IMG/VR virus record: IMGVR_UViG_3300016474_000281
Location: 1-64,000 of that record
Direction: 5' to 3' (one strand)
DNA length: 64,000 bases
Origin: a virus
The notes beneath the pieces were generated by a model. That model had not been told where the DNA came from and did not search any database. It saw only the letters and a program-made list of their open reading frames with translations. This document shows, piece after piece, positions 1 to 7,178 of the stretch; the stretch's first letter is position 1; each line of letters starts with the position of its first letter. Made by a program: the position numbers and the translations under genes.

Positions 1-29
1 GGAAACCTTAATGATTCAAAACAACAACT

Positions 30-326
30 ATGTATGTAGTATTCACAAAAGAAAAAAACAAAGATGTTGTAAAAACTGAAAAGCCTAACTACGACGAGGC
101 TGTAGCTCATGTCAATGAGTTTTACAAGTCTCTAGGTTTTAGTTTAAGAGGACATCAACCTTATGATCCAAGTCAAGGCTATGGCCGTTTTACTAGTATT
201 TTAATACTTGAAAAACAAGTAGCTGAGTTTGTTCATGTGGACGGAGCTGAAGCTAAGATATATCTACAAGAGCATCTCAATGAAGTTGTAGGTTGGCACA
301 CTTACAATCACCTTGATAGTTTGTGA
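30..326 (+). CDS. hypothetical protein (98 aa)
   Basis: ATG ORF from track in the plus-strand gene train; followed by hairpin 346-397; no recognisable motif. Confidence 0.6.
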   Translation: MYVVFTKEKNKDVVKTEKPNYDEAVAHVNEFYKSLGFSLRGHQPYDPSQGYGRFTSILILEKQVAEFVHVDGAEAKIYLQEHLNEVVGWHTYNHLDSL

Positions 327-345
327 TAAATTTGCTGATTCAAAA

Positions 346-397
346 CTACAGTAACTGTTATGTTAAACACTTGATATATATGTAACAGTTACTGTAG
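346..397 (+). promoter_or_regulatory. perfect 15-bp inverted repeat with 22-nt AT-rich loop (operator or terminator-like hairpin)
   Basis: ctacagtaactgtta (346-360) and taacagttactgtag (383-397) are exact reverse complements; gttaaacac follows each arm; no T-run after the stem. Confidence 0.5.
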
Positions 398-411
398 TTA
401 AACACATAAGT

Positions 412-1119
412 ATGACAAGAGAAGAACTACTTGAAAGATATAAGGCTGGAGAACGTAAGTTCATAGCTGCAAAACTACATAAGGTTGACTTGAGAAAGGT
501 TAATCTTAGTGGCTGTGACTTTAGTCATTCGGTGTTTATTGAAGCTAAGTTTTGTTCAGCTACGCTGGATAACTGTATTTTCAACTATTGCAACTTGAAC
601 AAAGCTGACTTTAGTGGAGCTATTTTAATAGATTCAAAGCTAAACAACGCTCACTTATGTAAAGCTGTTTTAATTGGAACAGACTTGATAAAATGCGTTT
701 TAGTTAACGGTAACTTGACTGAAGCTAATTTTAGAAATGCTACACTTACAGAAGTTGATTTATCTGAAACCACACTGTATAAAGCTGTATTTAGAGAAGC
801 GACATTAAAAAATGTCAAACTGATTAAGTCTAACTTGATTCTAAGCAACTTGATAAACGTTGATTTTATTAAAGTTGATTTTTCAGAAGCTGATTTAAAA
901 AAAGCTGAAATCAGACAGTCTAACTTTGTAAAACCTATTTTGAATGAAGCTAAATTTATAGAAGCTGACTTAAGTGGAGCTGACTTGATTGACTGTGTTT
1001 TATATGGTTCAGATTTTACTAATTCTGATTTGAGAGGTACAAATTTAACTAGAGCTGATTTAACCAATGCTATACTGCTAGGTGCTAACCTGGATGGTGC
1101 AATTGGTTTAAAACAATAA
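412..1119 (+). CDS. pentapeptide-repeat protein (235 aa)
   Basis: Nearly the whole protein is tandem A(D/N)LxX-type pentapeptides (ADFSGAILIDSKLNNAHLCKAVLIGTDL, ADLSGADLIDCVLYGSDFTNSDLRGTNLTRADLTNAILLGANL). Confidence 0.85.
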   Translation: MTREELLERYKAGERKFIAAKLHKVDLRKVNLSGCDFSHSVFIEAKFCSATLDNCIFNYCNLNKADFSGAILIDSKLNNAHLCKAVLIGTDLIKCVLVNGNLTEANFRNATLTEVDLSETTLYKAVFREATLKNVKLIKSNLILSNLINVDFIKVDFSEADLKKAEIRQSNFVKPILNEAKFIEADLSGADLIDCVLYGSDFTNSDLRGTNLTRADLTNAILLGANLDGAIGLKQ

Positions 1120-1121
1120 CC

Positions 1122-1334
1122 ATGGACAAGCTGAAACAATATGTTGACAACTTAACTAGTGAACAACTGAAAAACTTATATAACTATTTTTTAAACATTA
1201 CAATAACAGATGCGAAAGTACCTGTCAAATTGTTGTTATTGTTTAAAGATTTAGGTATTTCAGGATACGAACATGCACAATCAGTTGAGATTCTAAGAGA
1301 TTTAGTTTTTGCTAAACAAAACAATAACCAATGA
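1122..1334 (+). CDS. hypothetical protein (70 aa)
   Basis: ATG ORF 2 nt after previous stop; its stop overlaps the next ATG (ATGA). Confidence 0.55.
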   Translation: MDKLKQYVDNLTSEQLKNLYNYFLNITITDAKVPVKLLLLFKDLGISGYEHAQSVEILRDLVFAKQNNNQ

Positions 1335-1570
1335 AAACACAAGTTCTTATTTTTTTAAAAGACAATACGGTTTACTATACTTCTGTAAATTTGGAAAATC
1401 CTGTTTATACATCTTTGTTAAATGGCTGTGAACCAGACAGATTTTATAAGTTTTCTGCAGGAAAATTTGCAACTAGTATTGAAGCAAAAGATACAATACA
1501 CTGTAAAGGTGTATATTTTAAAGGTGGTGACATTCAAAAAGTATTGTTAGAACCAATAAACGAGGACTAA
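1331..1570 (+). CDS. hypothetical protein (79 aa)
   Basis: ATGA overlap upstream and TAATG overlap downstream. Confidence 0.6.
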   Translation: MKTQVLIFLKDNTVYYTSVNLENPVYTSLLNGCEPDRFYKFSAGKFATSIEAKDTIHCKGVYFKGGDIQKVLLEPINED

Positions 1571-1770
1571 TGAAACAAAAAGACTTATTTATTAATGCCT
1601 TAACAGGCTTGTTTACATATTGGGGTAGTAATACACCTCCAGAAGTATTTTGGGGTTGTAATGACTTGCTACTTTGGTATGAAAAAGAATACAACGTCTC
1701 GCTAGGAATAAGGTTTGACGAAGAAAAAGATAACTTTCAAGAAGTTATTGAAGTAATAAAAAATTCATAA
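1570..1770 (+). CDS. hypothetical protein (66 aa)
   Basis: ATG shares one base with the preceding TAA. Confidence 0.6.
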   Translation: MKQKDLFINALTGLFTYWGSNTPPEVFWGCNDLLLWYEKEYNVSLGIRFDEEKDNFQEVIEVIKNS

Positions 1771-1857
1771 CCAATGAAAACATATTACACTGAATACCCA
1801 AAAGGACAGTTTAAAGGTGAAGGTCCTTCTGGAGATATATTCTAAAAACAAAGTTTG

Positions 1858-2121
1858 ATGAAAAAGATTATCTACCGAAAAAGTATGGAAGAACCAAACA
1901 CGTGTATAACTCGTGTACATACCAACACTTTAGTAGGTGATACTTACGTGATAACTACTTCATACAGTTGGACAACTCCAGAAGAGTTAGCTACTTGTCA
2001 AGATAGGTACTATGTATCTATTGAAGGTAGGCTGTATGAATATGTAACTTGGGAGCAACTATTAGAAAGGGTTGGGAAGACCTTTACGAAATATGTTAAA
2101 AAACATGGTTTAATTAGGTGA
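1858..2121 (+). CDS. hypothetical protein (87 aa)
   Basis: The track ORF starts at TTG 1855; the first ATG is 1858; followed by terminator 2127-2158. Confidence 0.55.
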   Translation: MKKIIYRKSMEEPNTCITRVHTNTLVGDTYVITTSYSWTTPEELATCQDRYYVSIEGRLYEYVTWEQLLERVGKTFTKYVKKHGLIR

Positions 2122-2126
2122 TTTTT

Positions 2127-2158
2127 GTAGCCCTGCTGTAATGGTGGGGCTACTTTTT
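2127..2158 (+). terminator. rho-independent terminator
   Basis: gtagccc (2127-2133) pairs with gggctac (2147-2153), followed by TTTTT. Confidence 0.75.
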
Positions 2159-2204
2159 CAACAAAACCTACAGCTGAAGAAATGTTGAACTATTACAATA
2201 ATAG

Positions 2205-2396
2205 ATGATGGAAAAGCTAAAACCAATTTGGTTAGTAACGTACCTCACTGTAGAGAAATCTAAAGAGGTAGAGCGTACTGAAGAAGTAACGCCTACATTT
2301 AGACAGAGACACTACACTGAGGAACAAGCAAAACAACATTTGCAGTATCATTCTAAAGATAGGTTGATACTGAGCGTTGAAATAAGAAAGATATGA
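2205..2396 (+). CDS. hypothetical protein (63 aa)
   Basis: ATG ORF; its stop overlaps the next ATG (ATGA). Confidence 0.55.
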   Translation: MMEKLKPIWLVTYLTVEKSKEVERTEEVTPTFRQRHYTEEQAKQHLQYHSKDRLILSVEIRKI

Positions 2397-2887
2397 GAGA
2401 AAATAGAGCATATTTTACAATAAAGTATCTCACTGAAGAAAAAAAGTTTGTCAGATGGGAATTACGTAAAAATTACTCACATGGTACACGTCATGGCTGT
2501 TCTCCAGATCAAGTTACTGAAGAATATAAGATGTTGTATGAAGAAAAGTATAATGAATTAAAAAAGTACAACAAAGGTAAAGACATAGATTTTGGTTGGA
2601 TTTTTATTAAAGTAGTCGGAATTCTTTATAACTACCCTAGAGAGTTCCACAACATTCGTAAAAGACAACTATCTCAACAAGTTGAGCATAGCCGTGAATA
2701 TGTATGGAAAACTACGTATAATGTTTTTTCATTTGAAAACGATCAAATTGTAGAAAAACAACACGTAGAAAACTATCCTATACCTATGGACATGGTTGGA
2801 TTTGACAACGAGCAAGCTAAGAGTTACATACAATCTGTTGTAGCAGATAATACAGAGATTGTATCTGTTGAAGTTATTTGCAAGTAA
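2393..2887 (+). CDS. hypothetical protein (164 aa)
   Basis: ATGA-coupled to the upstream ORF; terminator downstream. Confidence 0.65.
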   Translation: MRENRAYFTIKYLTEEKKFVRWELRKNYSHGTRHGCSPDQVTEEYKMLYEEKYNELKKYNKGKDIDFGWIFIKVVGILYNYPREFHNIRKRQLSQQVEHSREYVWKTTYNVFSFENDQIVEKQHVENYPIPMDMVGFDNEQAKSYIQSVVADNTEIVSVEVICK

Positions 2888-2916
2888 TAGTTTTTTTGCA
2901 TGGCATTTGGATTTGG

Positions 2917-2948
2917 TAGGGGTAGTATCTGAGCTACCCTTACTTTTT
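2917..2948 (+). terminator. rho-independent terminator
   Basis: taggggtag pairs with ctaccctta (one G-T wobble), 8-nt loop, then cTTTTT. Confidence 0.7.
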
Positions 2949-2959
2949 AACTTAGTAAC

Positions 2960-3316
2960 ATGAAAGAATTGTTTAGATTGATGTCAGGTTATAAACACCT
3001 GGTAGGAGATAAAGTATATGTCTTAGCAGAGGGTGTATTGCAAGAAGCATACATCTTTGAACGTGACTCTACGTGTGAAGGAGATAACATAGTTAAGTGC
3101 AAAGCTACATATATTATAGTGTATAATGGCACTAGACTGAGCGGTATTAAAGAGGAGCAAATATATGTAAACATACTAGATGCTATTCAGGAACTCAACT
3201 TGAGTAGAAACCAGCTATCAGATGTGTGTAACATGAGGCTAATAGAGATATTAGCCAGGTTCAAACAGGATGAAAAAACTATCAATAACTATATAAACTA
3301 CATACAACAACTATGA
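2960..3316 (+). CDS. hypothetical protein (118 aa)
   Basis: ATG ORF; ATGA overlap with the next gene. Confidence 0.65.
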   Translation: MKELFRLMSGYKHLVGDKVYVLAEGVLQEAYIFERDSTCEGDNIVKCKATYIIVYNGTRLSGIKEEQIYVNILDAIQELNLSRNQLSDVCNMRLIEILARFKQDEKTINNYINYIQQL

Positions 3317-3588
3317 GCTATGTAATTACTTGTGAAGGAAAAGGTACGTATAACTTGTTCCTAATTGACAGGTCTAAAAACAATACTAAGTGGTGGACTG
3401 TATCGCTAAGTGATGCTTTTAAGTACGAGAAAAAAGAAGCAGCTGAAAAACAAGCTAGCAAGTACTTGTACAAAAACCCTACTGTAGTCAGTTTAGATGA
3501 AGCTGTATTACTTGAGAAACATAATGAAGAACTGGAATCAGAATTAGATCATCCTTTTTCAAGTGAAGGGTTAGGACAATGGAGATAA
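3313..3588 (+). CDS. hypothetical protein (91 aa)
   Basis: ATGA-coupled ORF. Confidence 0.65.
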   Translation: MSYVITCEGKGTYNLFLIDRSKNNTKWWTVSLSDAFKYEKKEAAEKQASKYLYKNPTVVSLDEAVLLEKHNEELESELDHPFSSEGLGQWR

Positions 3589-3746
3589 ATCACATCTGGT
3601 GGTCTGTTGAAATAAAAAATAACAAGATCATCATTCAACCAACACAACAAAGACTAAGACACGGTGCTTTAGGCAGAGTGTTAATAAGTCGTTGTTTATT
3701 TCACATTGCAAAAGCTATACAACATGAAAATGAAGTACACAATTAG
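3579..3746 (+). CDS. possible small protein (55 aa), below the track threshold
   Basis: Hand-translated MEINHIWWSVEIKNNKIIIQPTQQRLRHGALGRVLISRCLFHIAKAIQHENEVHN; its ATG overlaps the previous stop as ATGGAGATAA; fills an otherwise empty gap. Confidence 0.3.
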   Translation: MEINHIWWSVEIKNNKIIIQPTQQRLRHGALGRVLISRCLFHIAKAIQHENEVHN

Positions 3747-3936
3747 TCTATTTGCTGTGCTTGTCATAGCTGTGTTATCTGCTGTAGGTGTAGATGCCGT
3801 AGTAGATACTATCACAGTTCGTGACAAACATACCCCTGAAGTCAAATTTATGTTTTGGCTTATTCTTACCTGTGTTACGTCTATTGCTGTCCTTACAGAC
3901 ATAGATGAGTTATACAAGGACAAAGACAAACAATAA
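3724..3936 (+). CDS. small membrane protein (70 aa, two hydrophobic helices)
   Basis: The track ORF begins at TTG 3706; the first ATG is 3724 (MKMKYTISLFAVLVIAVLSAVG...WLILTCVTSIAVL). Confidence 0.55.
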   Translation: MKMKYTISLFAVLVIAVLSAVGVDAVVDTITVRDKHTPEVKFMFWLILTCVTSIAVLTDIDELYKDKDKQ

Positions 3937-3942
3937 GATAAC

Positions 3943-3970
3943 CCTATAGCCCTTCTATAGGTATTTATTT
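3943..3970 (+). terminator. weak terminator-like hairpin
   Basis: cctatag (3943-3949) pairs with ctatagg (3955-3961), followed by tatttattt. Confidence 0.4.
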
Positions 3971-4053
3971 CACATTATTTAGTGCTAAAGTGGTTACAAG
4001 GTACACTAGGTAGAACCCGATAAAGGCTGTTATATAGAACAGGGGAAACTACT

Positions 4054-4296
4054 ATGTACACAACATTTTATGTCATGGTTACAGTAATAAAACAAAATGA
4101 TAAAAACATACTGCGTCATTACAAAGGTGTTCACAAAGTAAGAAGTTGTCAGTGTTCTAAAGACTGTGACTGTACTTCAGAAAGTTGGGAATACGATTTT
4201 TACACAGTACATAGAATAGGAAAGAAAACCACTAAACACAATACGCTTGAAGAAGCTGAAGTAAGGTGGAATGTTGTAAACAATTTAAATCAATAA
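4054..4296 (+). CDS. hypothetical Cys-rich protein (80 aa)
   Basis: ATG ORF; contains CQCSKDCDC. Confidence 0.55.
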   Translation: MYTTFYVMVTVIKQNDKNILRHYKGVHKVRSCQCSKDCDCTSESWEYDFYTVHRIGKKTTKHNTLEEAEVRWNVVNNLNQ

Positions 4297-4298
4297 CA

Positions 4299-4502
4299 AT
4301 GAAAAAGACTGAAATGGTACTTAAATATATTTCTTCAGAAGAACTACAAGATTGTATTAACGACTATAATCAAGATAAAAGGGCGTTAGCTGTCACAAGT
4401 CTTCGTAGGTTACTTGAGCCTCACATGGGAGTTTTAAGTTTACCTACTGTAGCAAATATTATGAAAGAACTAATTATTGAATCAAATCAACAAAATCAAT
4501 AA
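4299..4502 (+). CDS. hypothetical protein (67 aa)
   Basis: The track ORF is extended upstream; ATG 4299 lies 2 nt after the previous stop. Confidence 0.55.
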   Translation: MKKTEMVLKYISSEELQDCINDYNQDKRALAVTSLRRLLEPHMGVLSLPTVANIMKELIIESNQQNQ

Positions 4503-4504
4503 CA

Positions 4505-4729
4505 ATGAATTTACTGACTATTGGACTTATCGTAATGTGTGTAGGTAACTTTGGTATATCTGCCATATTGTTTTTAGGACAACAAAAGCTATTTAAAGCT
4601 TGTGATGTAAACAATTCTAACATACAAACTGTGAACAGGTTTTGTCAAATCTTAAATGATTTGTACATTAGCATTGTTAAAAACAAAGACAATGACACCA
4701 CTGAAGAGCCTATTCAAGACGGGGAATGA
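4505..4729 (+). CDS. small membrane protein (74 aa)
   Basis: N-terminal hydrophobic helix LLTIGLIVMCVGNFGISAILFL. Confidence 0.55.
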   Translation: MNLLTIGLIVMCVGNFGISAILFLGQQKLFKACDVNNSNIQTVNRFCQILNDLYISIVKNKDNDTTEEPIQDGE

Positions 4730-4742
4730 AACCCAAAAAAAG

Positions 4743-4967
4743 ATGATCATACAGTTTCTCAACCAAGAAGTTGAAAAGAAATGTTTTTTCAAAGTTATAG
4801 AAACTGAAGATGATTATGACATTGAGGTACAGCCACACCCACTATATCCTATGCTTCAACCTGGTGACAGGAGAGAAGATTTAGAAGATAGTGTTATCAA
4901 GTGGCTTGAGTTTTTGAGATTAATTGTTCATGTTCCTGCTAAAAATCAAATCAAATGGGTGCAGTAA
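4743..4967 (+). CDS. hypothetical protein (74 aa; start uncertain, alternatives 4656 and 4692)
   Basis: In-frame ATG 4743 is the first start that does not overlap the upstream gene. Confidence 0.5.
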   Translation: MIIQFLNQEVEKKCFFKVIETEDDYDIEVQPHPLYPMLQPGDRREDLEDSVIKWLEFLRLIVHVPAKNQIKWVQ

Positions 4968-5275
4968 AGACATACATACTAGCGCTTATCTTAGCTGGTA
5001 TGCAGCAACCAGGTGAAGTCATTACGCTTACTTCACATTACGAGTGTTTTAACATTCAGGGGATAGACTGTAAACAAATTGTGACAGTGTTCAACATCGA
5101 GTCTAAGAGGCTAGTGATGATACAAGACAAAGCTGTTACTAAGTTTGAGTATACGGCTAACCCTAAAGTGGTTGATAACAACTACATCTTGACCAGTGGC
5201 AGTAATACATTTATTATTGACCCTGTTAGGGAAGAAATAGTATGGAGAGGGGTAGTCATTAGATATTACCCTTGA
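4955..5275 (+). CDS. hypothetical protein (106 aa)
   Basis: ATG ORF; terminator downstream. Confidence 0.6.
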   Translation: MGAVKTYILALILAGMQQPGEVITLTSHYECFNIQGIDCKQIVTVFNIESKRLVMIQDKAVTKFEYTANPKVVDNNYILTSGSNTFIIDPVREEIVWRGVVIRYYP

Positions 5276-5301
5276 AGAACTGTTTAATGATGTTTTGTTT
5301 A

Positions 5302-5332
5302 GACTGGGGGCGTAATGTTCCCAGTCTTTTTT
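5302..5332 (+). terminator. rho-independent terminator
   Basis: gactggg (5302-5308) pairs with cccagtc (5320-5326), followed by TTTTTT. Confidence 0.8.
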
Positions 5333-5343
5333 AATTTTACAAT
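5332..5343 (+). promoter_or_regulatory. Bacteroidota-type -7 box directly abutting a start codon (TAatTTTa-caat-ATG)
   Basis: Same TAnnTTT(G/A)-CAnn-ATG geometry as at 19367, 29259 and 31011. Confidence 0.35.
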
Positions 5344-5484
5344 ATGCGTATAAAGAGACTTAAACTGACTATTATAACCAACTTCACAGGTAAAGATATG
5401 AGGCGTGAAAACCTCCACTTCTTTACATCTAAGGGTGCAAATGAATCTGATGAAACTTTTAGTTCAATGTTTACATTATGCTGA
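5344..5484 (+). CDS. micro-ORF A1 (46 aa)
   Basis: pep MRIKRLKLTIITNFTGKDMRRENLHFFTSKGANESDETFSSMFTLC; 3p junction is a 7-nt overlap ATGCTGA. Confidence 0.55.
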   Translation: MRIKRLKLTIITNFTGKDMRRENLHFFTSKGANESDETFSSMFTLC

Positions 5485-5618
5485 TAAATACATACAGACT
5501 AAGTGTTATATCTATACTTACAAGTAGAGACGTTAGACATGAATTTCATTATTTCTTTGCTCGTAAGGCAATAAATGATTTTGACAAATTTATTAGTTCA
5601 ACATTTACAATGATATAA
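5478..5618 (+). CDS. micro-ORF A2 (46 aa), clear paralog of A1
   Basis: pep MLINTYRLSVISILTSRDVRHEFHYFFARKAINDFDKFISSTFTMI. Confidence 0.55.
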   Translation: MLINTYRLSVISILTSRDVRHEFHYFFARKAINDFDKFISSTFTMI

Positions 5619-5620
5619 TC

Positions 5621-5764
5621 GTGGAATTAGATACAAAACAAATACTAAATACTAATCCAGCTTATTATAGCAAGCTTGCAGTAAGTATGGAAACTTTGGC
5701 CAAATCTCACGATACATTCAATAATAAATACTACGCAATAGGAACAACTTTCACAATGGTATGA
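5621..5764 (+). CDS. micro-ORF A3 (47 aa, GTG start)
   Basis: pep VELDTKQILNTNPAYYSKLAVSMETLAKSHDTFNNKYYAIGTTFTMV; cgtggaatta resembles the usual tatggaacta junction; 3p junction ATGA. Confidence 0.4.
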   Translation: MELDTKQILNTNPAYYSKLAVSMETLAKSHDTFNNKYYAIGTTFTMV

Positions 5765-5871
5765 ACATAACTAAACCTACATACATGTATATGTTTGAGT
5801 ACAGGTTCAACAGTTTGAACAAGCTGAGATTTAATCACAAGTGGACAAGTGTATTGTTATGTTGTTACTAG
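5761..5871 (+). CDS. micro-ORF A4 (36 aa)
   Basis: pep MNITKPTYMYMFEYRFNSLNKLRFNHKWTSVLLCCY; 13-nt overlap with A5. Confidence 0.45.
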   Translation: MNITKPTYMYMFEYRFNSLNKLRFNHKWTSVLLCCY

Positions 5872-5984
5872 TTAAAGCTTATTCAGAACACGCTATAAAG
5901 AAAGAAGTAGTATTTACAAAGAGTTGGATACTGAAGAATCATTGGACACTTGATAACGTATCAATTATATTCACATGCGTATAG
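5859..5984 (+). CDS. micro-ORF A5 (41 aa)
   Basis: pep MLLLVKAYSEHAIKKEVVFTKSWILKNHWTLDNVSIIFTCV; 10-nt overlap with A6. Confidence 0.45.
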   Translation: MLLLVKAYSEHAIKKEVVFTKSWILKNHWTLDNVSIIFTCV

Positions 5985-6067
5985 TAATAAAAGTTTGTAA
6001 TTCAATATCTATTTGTACAGTAGTGGAGAAATACAAAGACCTATCAATTAGATTCATATGCAAATAA
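5975..6067 (+). CDS. micro-ORF A6 (30 aa)
   Basis: pep MRIVIKVCNSISICTVVEKYKDLSIRFICK; 10-nt overlap with A7. Confidence 0.4.
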   Translation: MRIVIKVCNSISICTVVEKYKDLSIRFICK

Positions 6068-6162
6068 CTACAGGTTTTGCAGCTTACTACGTAGTTAGTT
6101 CTATAACTATTCGTAGTACTTGGCAACCTAGGTGCATGTCAACTACGTTAATATGCGAGTAA
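6058..6162 (+). CDS. micro-ORF A7 (34 aa)
   Basis: pep MQITTGFAAYYVVSSITIRSTWQPRCMSTTLICE; 10-nt overlap with the RadC-like start. Confidence 0.4.
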   Translation: MQITTGFAAYYVVSSITIRSTWQPRCMSTTLICE

Positions 6163-6590
6163 CTAAGTACAAATTAACTTGCAAACCTACTGGTAAGTTG
6201 CAAGATGCAGCTTTTGTAAAGTGTTCTAAAGACGCTTATAACATAGCTAAAAACTTTTACAAAGATGACATATTGATTTATGAAAGTTTCTATGTCATAG
6301 CACTGAATCAAGCTAATGGTGTTATTGGGTATATGTTGATCAGCCAGGGAGGTGTAACTGCTACTTGTGTTGACCCTATACTAATAGCTAAGTTTGTTAT
6401 TGACACGTTAGCTAGAGCTGTTGTGTTGATACATAATCATCCTTCAGGAAACCTTAAACCTAGTACAGCAGATATAAACCTCACTAAGAAAACAAAAGAA
6501 GCGTTAAACTCATTAGATGTTACCGTTGTTGATCACCTTATTTTAACTGAAACTGACTATTACAGTTTTGCAGACGAAGGATTATTTTAA
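6153..6590 (+). CDS. RadC-like JAB/MPN-domain protein (145 aa)
   Basis: HNHPSGNLKPSTAD (JAMM-type HxHPxG...S..D motif) and overall RadC C-terminal-domain layout; the track start GTG 6132 is trimmed to ATG 6153. Confidence 0.8.
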   Translation: MRVTKYKLTCKPTGKLQDAAFVKCSKDAYNIAKNFYKDDILIYESFYVIALNQANGVIGYMLISQGGVTATCVDPILIAKFVIDTLARAVVLIHNHPSGNLKPSTADINLTKKTKEALNSLDVTVVDHLILTETDYYSFADEGLF

Positions 6591-6606
6591 CTAAACATAA
6601 ATAATT

Positions 6607-6759
6607 ATGCAACTACATGACATTGTATTACATGTTTCTACAAATAGACAAGGAACAGTGGTGTATGTAAGTGAAAACATGTGTACCGTAGAGTTCTACG
6701 ATGATGGTCTAGGTGTATTGGAAGATATTTCTACAGATGAACTAAAAAGAATAGGATGA
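6607..6759 (+). CDS. possible small protein (50 aa), below the track threshold
   Basis: Hand-translated MQLHDIVLHVSTNRQGTVVYVSENMCTVEFYDDGLGVLEDISTDELKRIG; its stop overlaps the next ATG (ATGA). Confidence 0.4.
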   Translation: MQLHDIVLHVSTNRQGTVVYVSENMCTVEFYDDGLGVLEDISTDELKRIG

Positions 6760-7160
6760 AACTAACAGAAACTGAAGCAGGACTTTATAAGTGTTTGTTA
6801 AAAAAACACATTAAAGAACCAGTTGAAATAAACTGGTCTCTTGAAAAATCTACTGAGCAGCTACAGAGAGGTACTATAACATCTAACGATTTAGCTTTGT
6901 GTCACATTACTGGAAATAATACAAATGGGTACGAAATTGGCCCATTTAGTATACGTATTATTGATGGCATGAAACTAGATTTAAAAAAGTTAGCTGACAT
7001 AGGCGTTATTAGTGAAGATGCTTATGACCTTTGTTGTGGTTTGTTAAATGAAACAGATGATGACATAACGCTTTCTTTTTTGAGAAACTTCACTAAGCTA
7101 CCTCTGATACCCACTTCAAAAGGTATTCATATAGATATTGTTAAAGACAGTTTTAGTTAA
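6756..7160 (+). CDS. hypothetical protein (134 aa), paralog of the N-terminal half of 7179-7943
   Basis: Shares SFLRNFTKLP and the upstream aaaagaataggatga with the next gene. Confidence 0.65.
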   Translation: MKLTETEAGLYKCLLKKHIKEPVEINWSLEKSTEQLQRGTITSNDLALCHITGNNTNGYEIGPFSIRIIDGMKLDLKKLADIGVISEDAYDLCCGLLNETDDDITLSFLRNFTKLPLIPTSKGIHIDIVKDSFS

Positions 7161-7178
7161 TCGTTAAAAAAGAATAGG

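Larger units (their letters stand above)
5344..6162 (+). repeat. micro-ORF array A: 7 chained paralogous mini-genes ending in the RadC-like gene start
   Basis: Seven overlapping ORFs of 30-47 aa; the frame steps -1 at every junction (start mod 3 = 1,0,2,1,0,2,1, then radC-like 0). Confidence 0.8.

Noticed and set aside
651-1139. A 162-aa minus-strand ORF lies opposite the pentapeptide-repeat gene. Similar antisense ORFs lie at 2989-3174, 3696-3929, 9003-9706, 10400-11026 and 13049-13261, and there are many inside 20.4-34.8 kb.
   Set aside because: They are shadows of well-supported plus-strand genes in a strictly unidirectional block. They lack plausible starts and contexts, and their compositions are repetitive mirror images of the sense protein.
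3695-3976. A 13-nt direct repeat tttatttcacatt occurs at 3695-3707 and 3964-3976, upstream of two small genes, and might be a promoter.
   Set aside because: There are only two copies, at different distances to the starts (17 and 78 nt), with no match to the TAnnTTTG consensus. In sequence this AT-rich, a 13-mer repeat within 300 nt is weak evidence.
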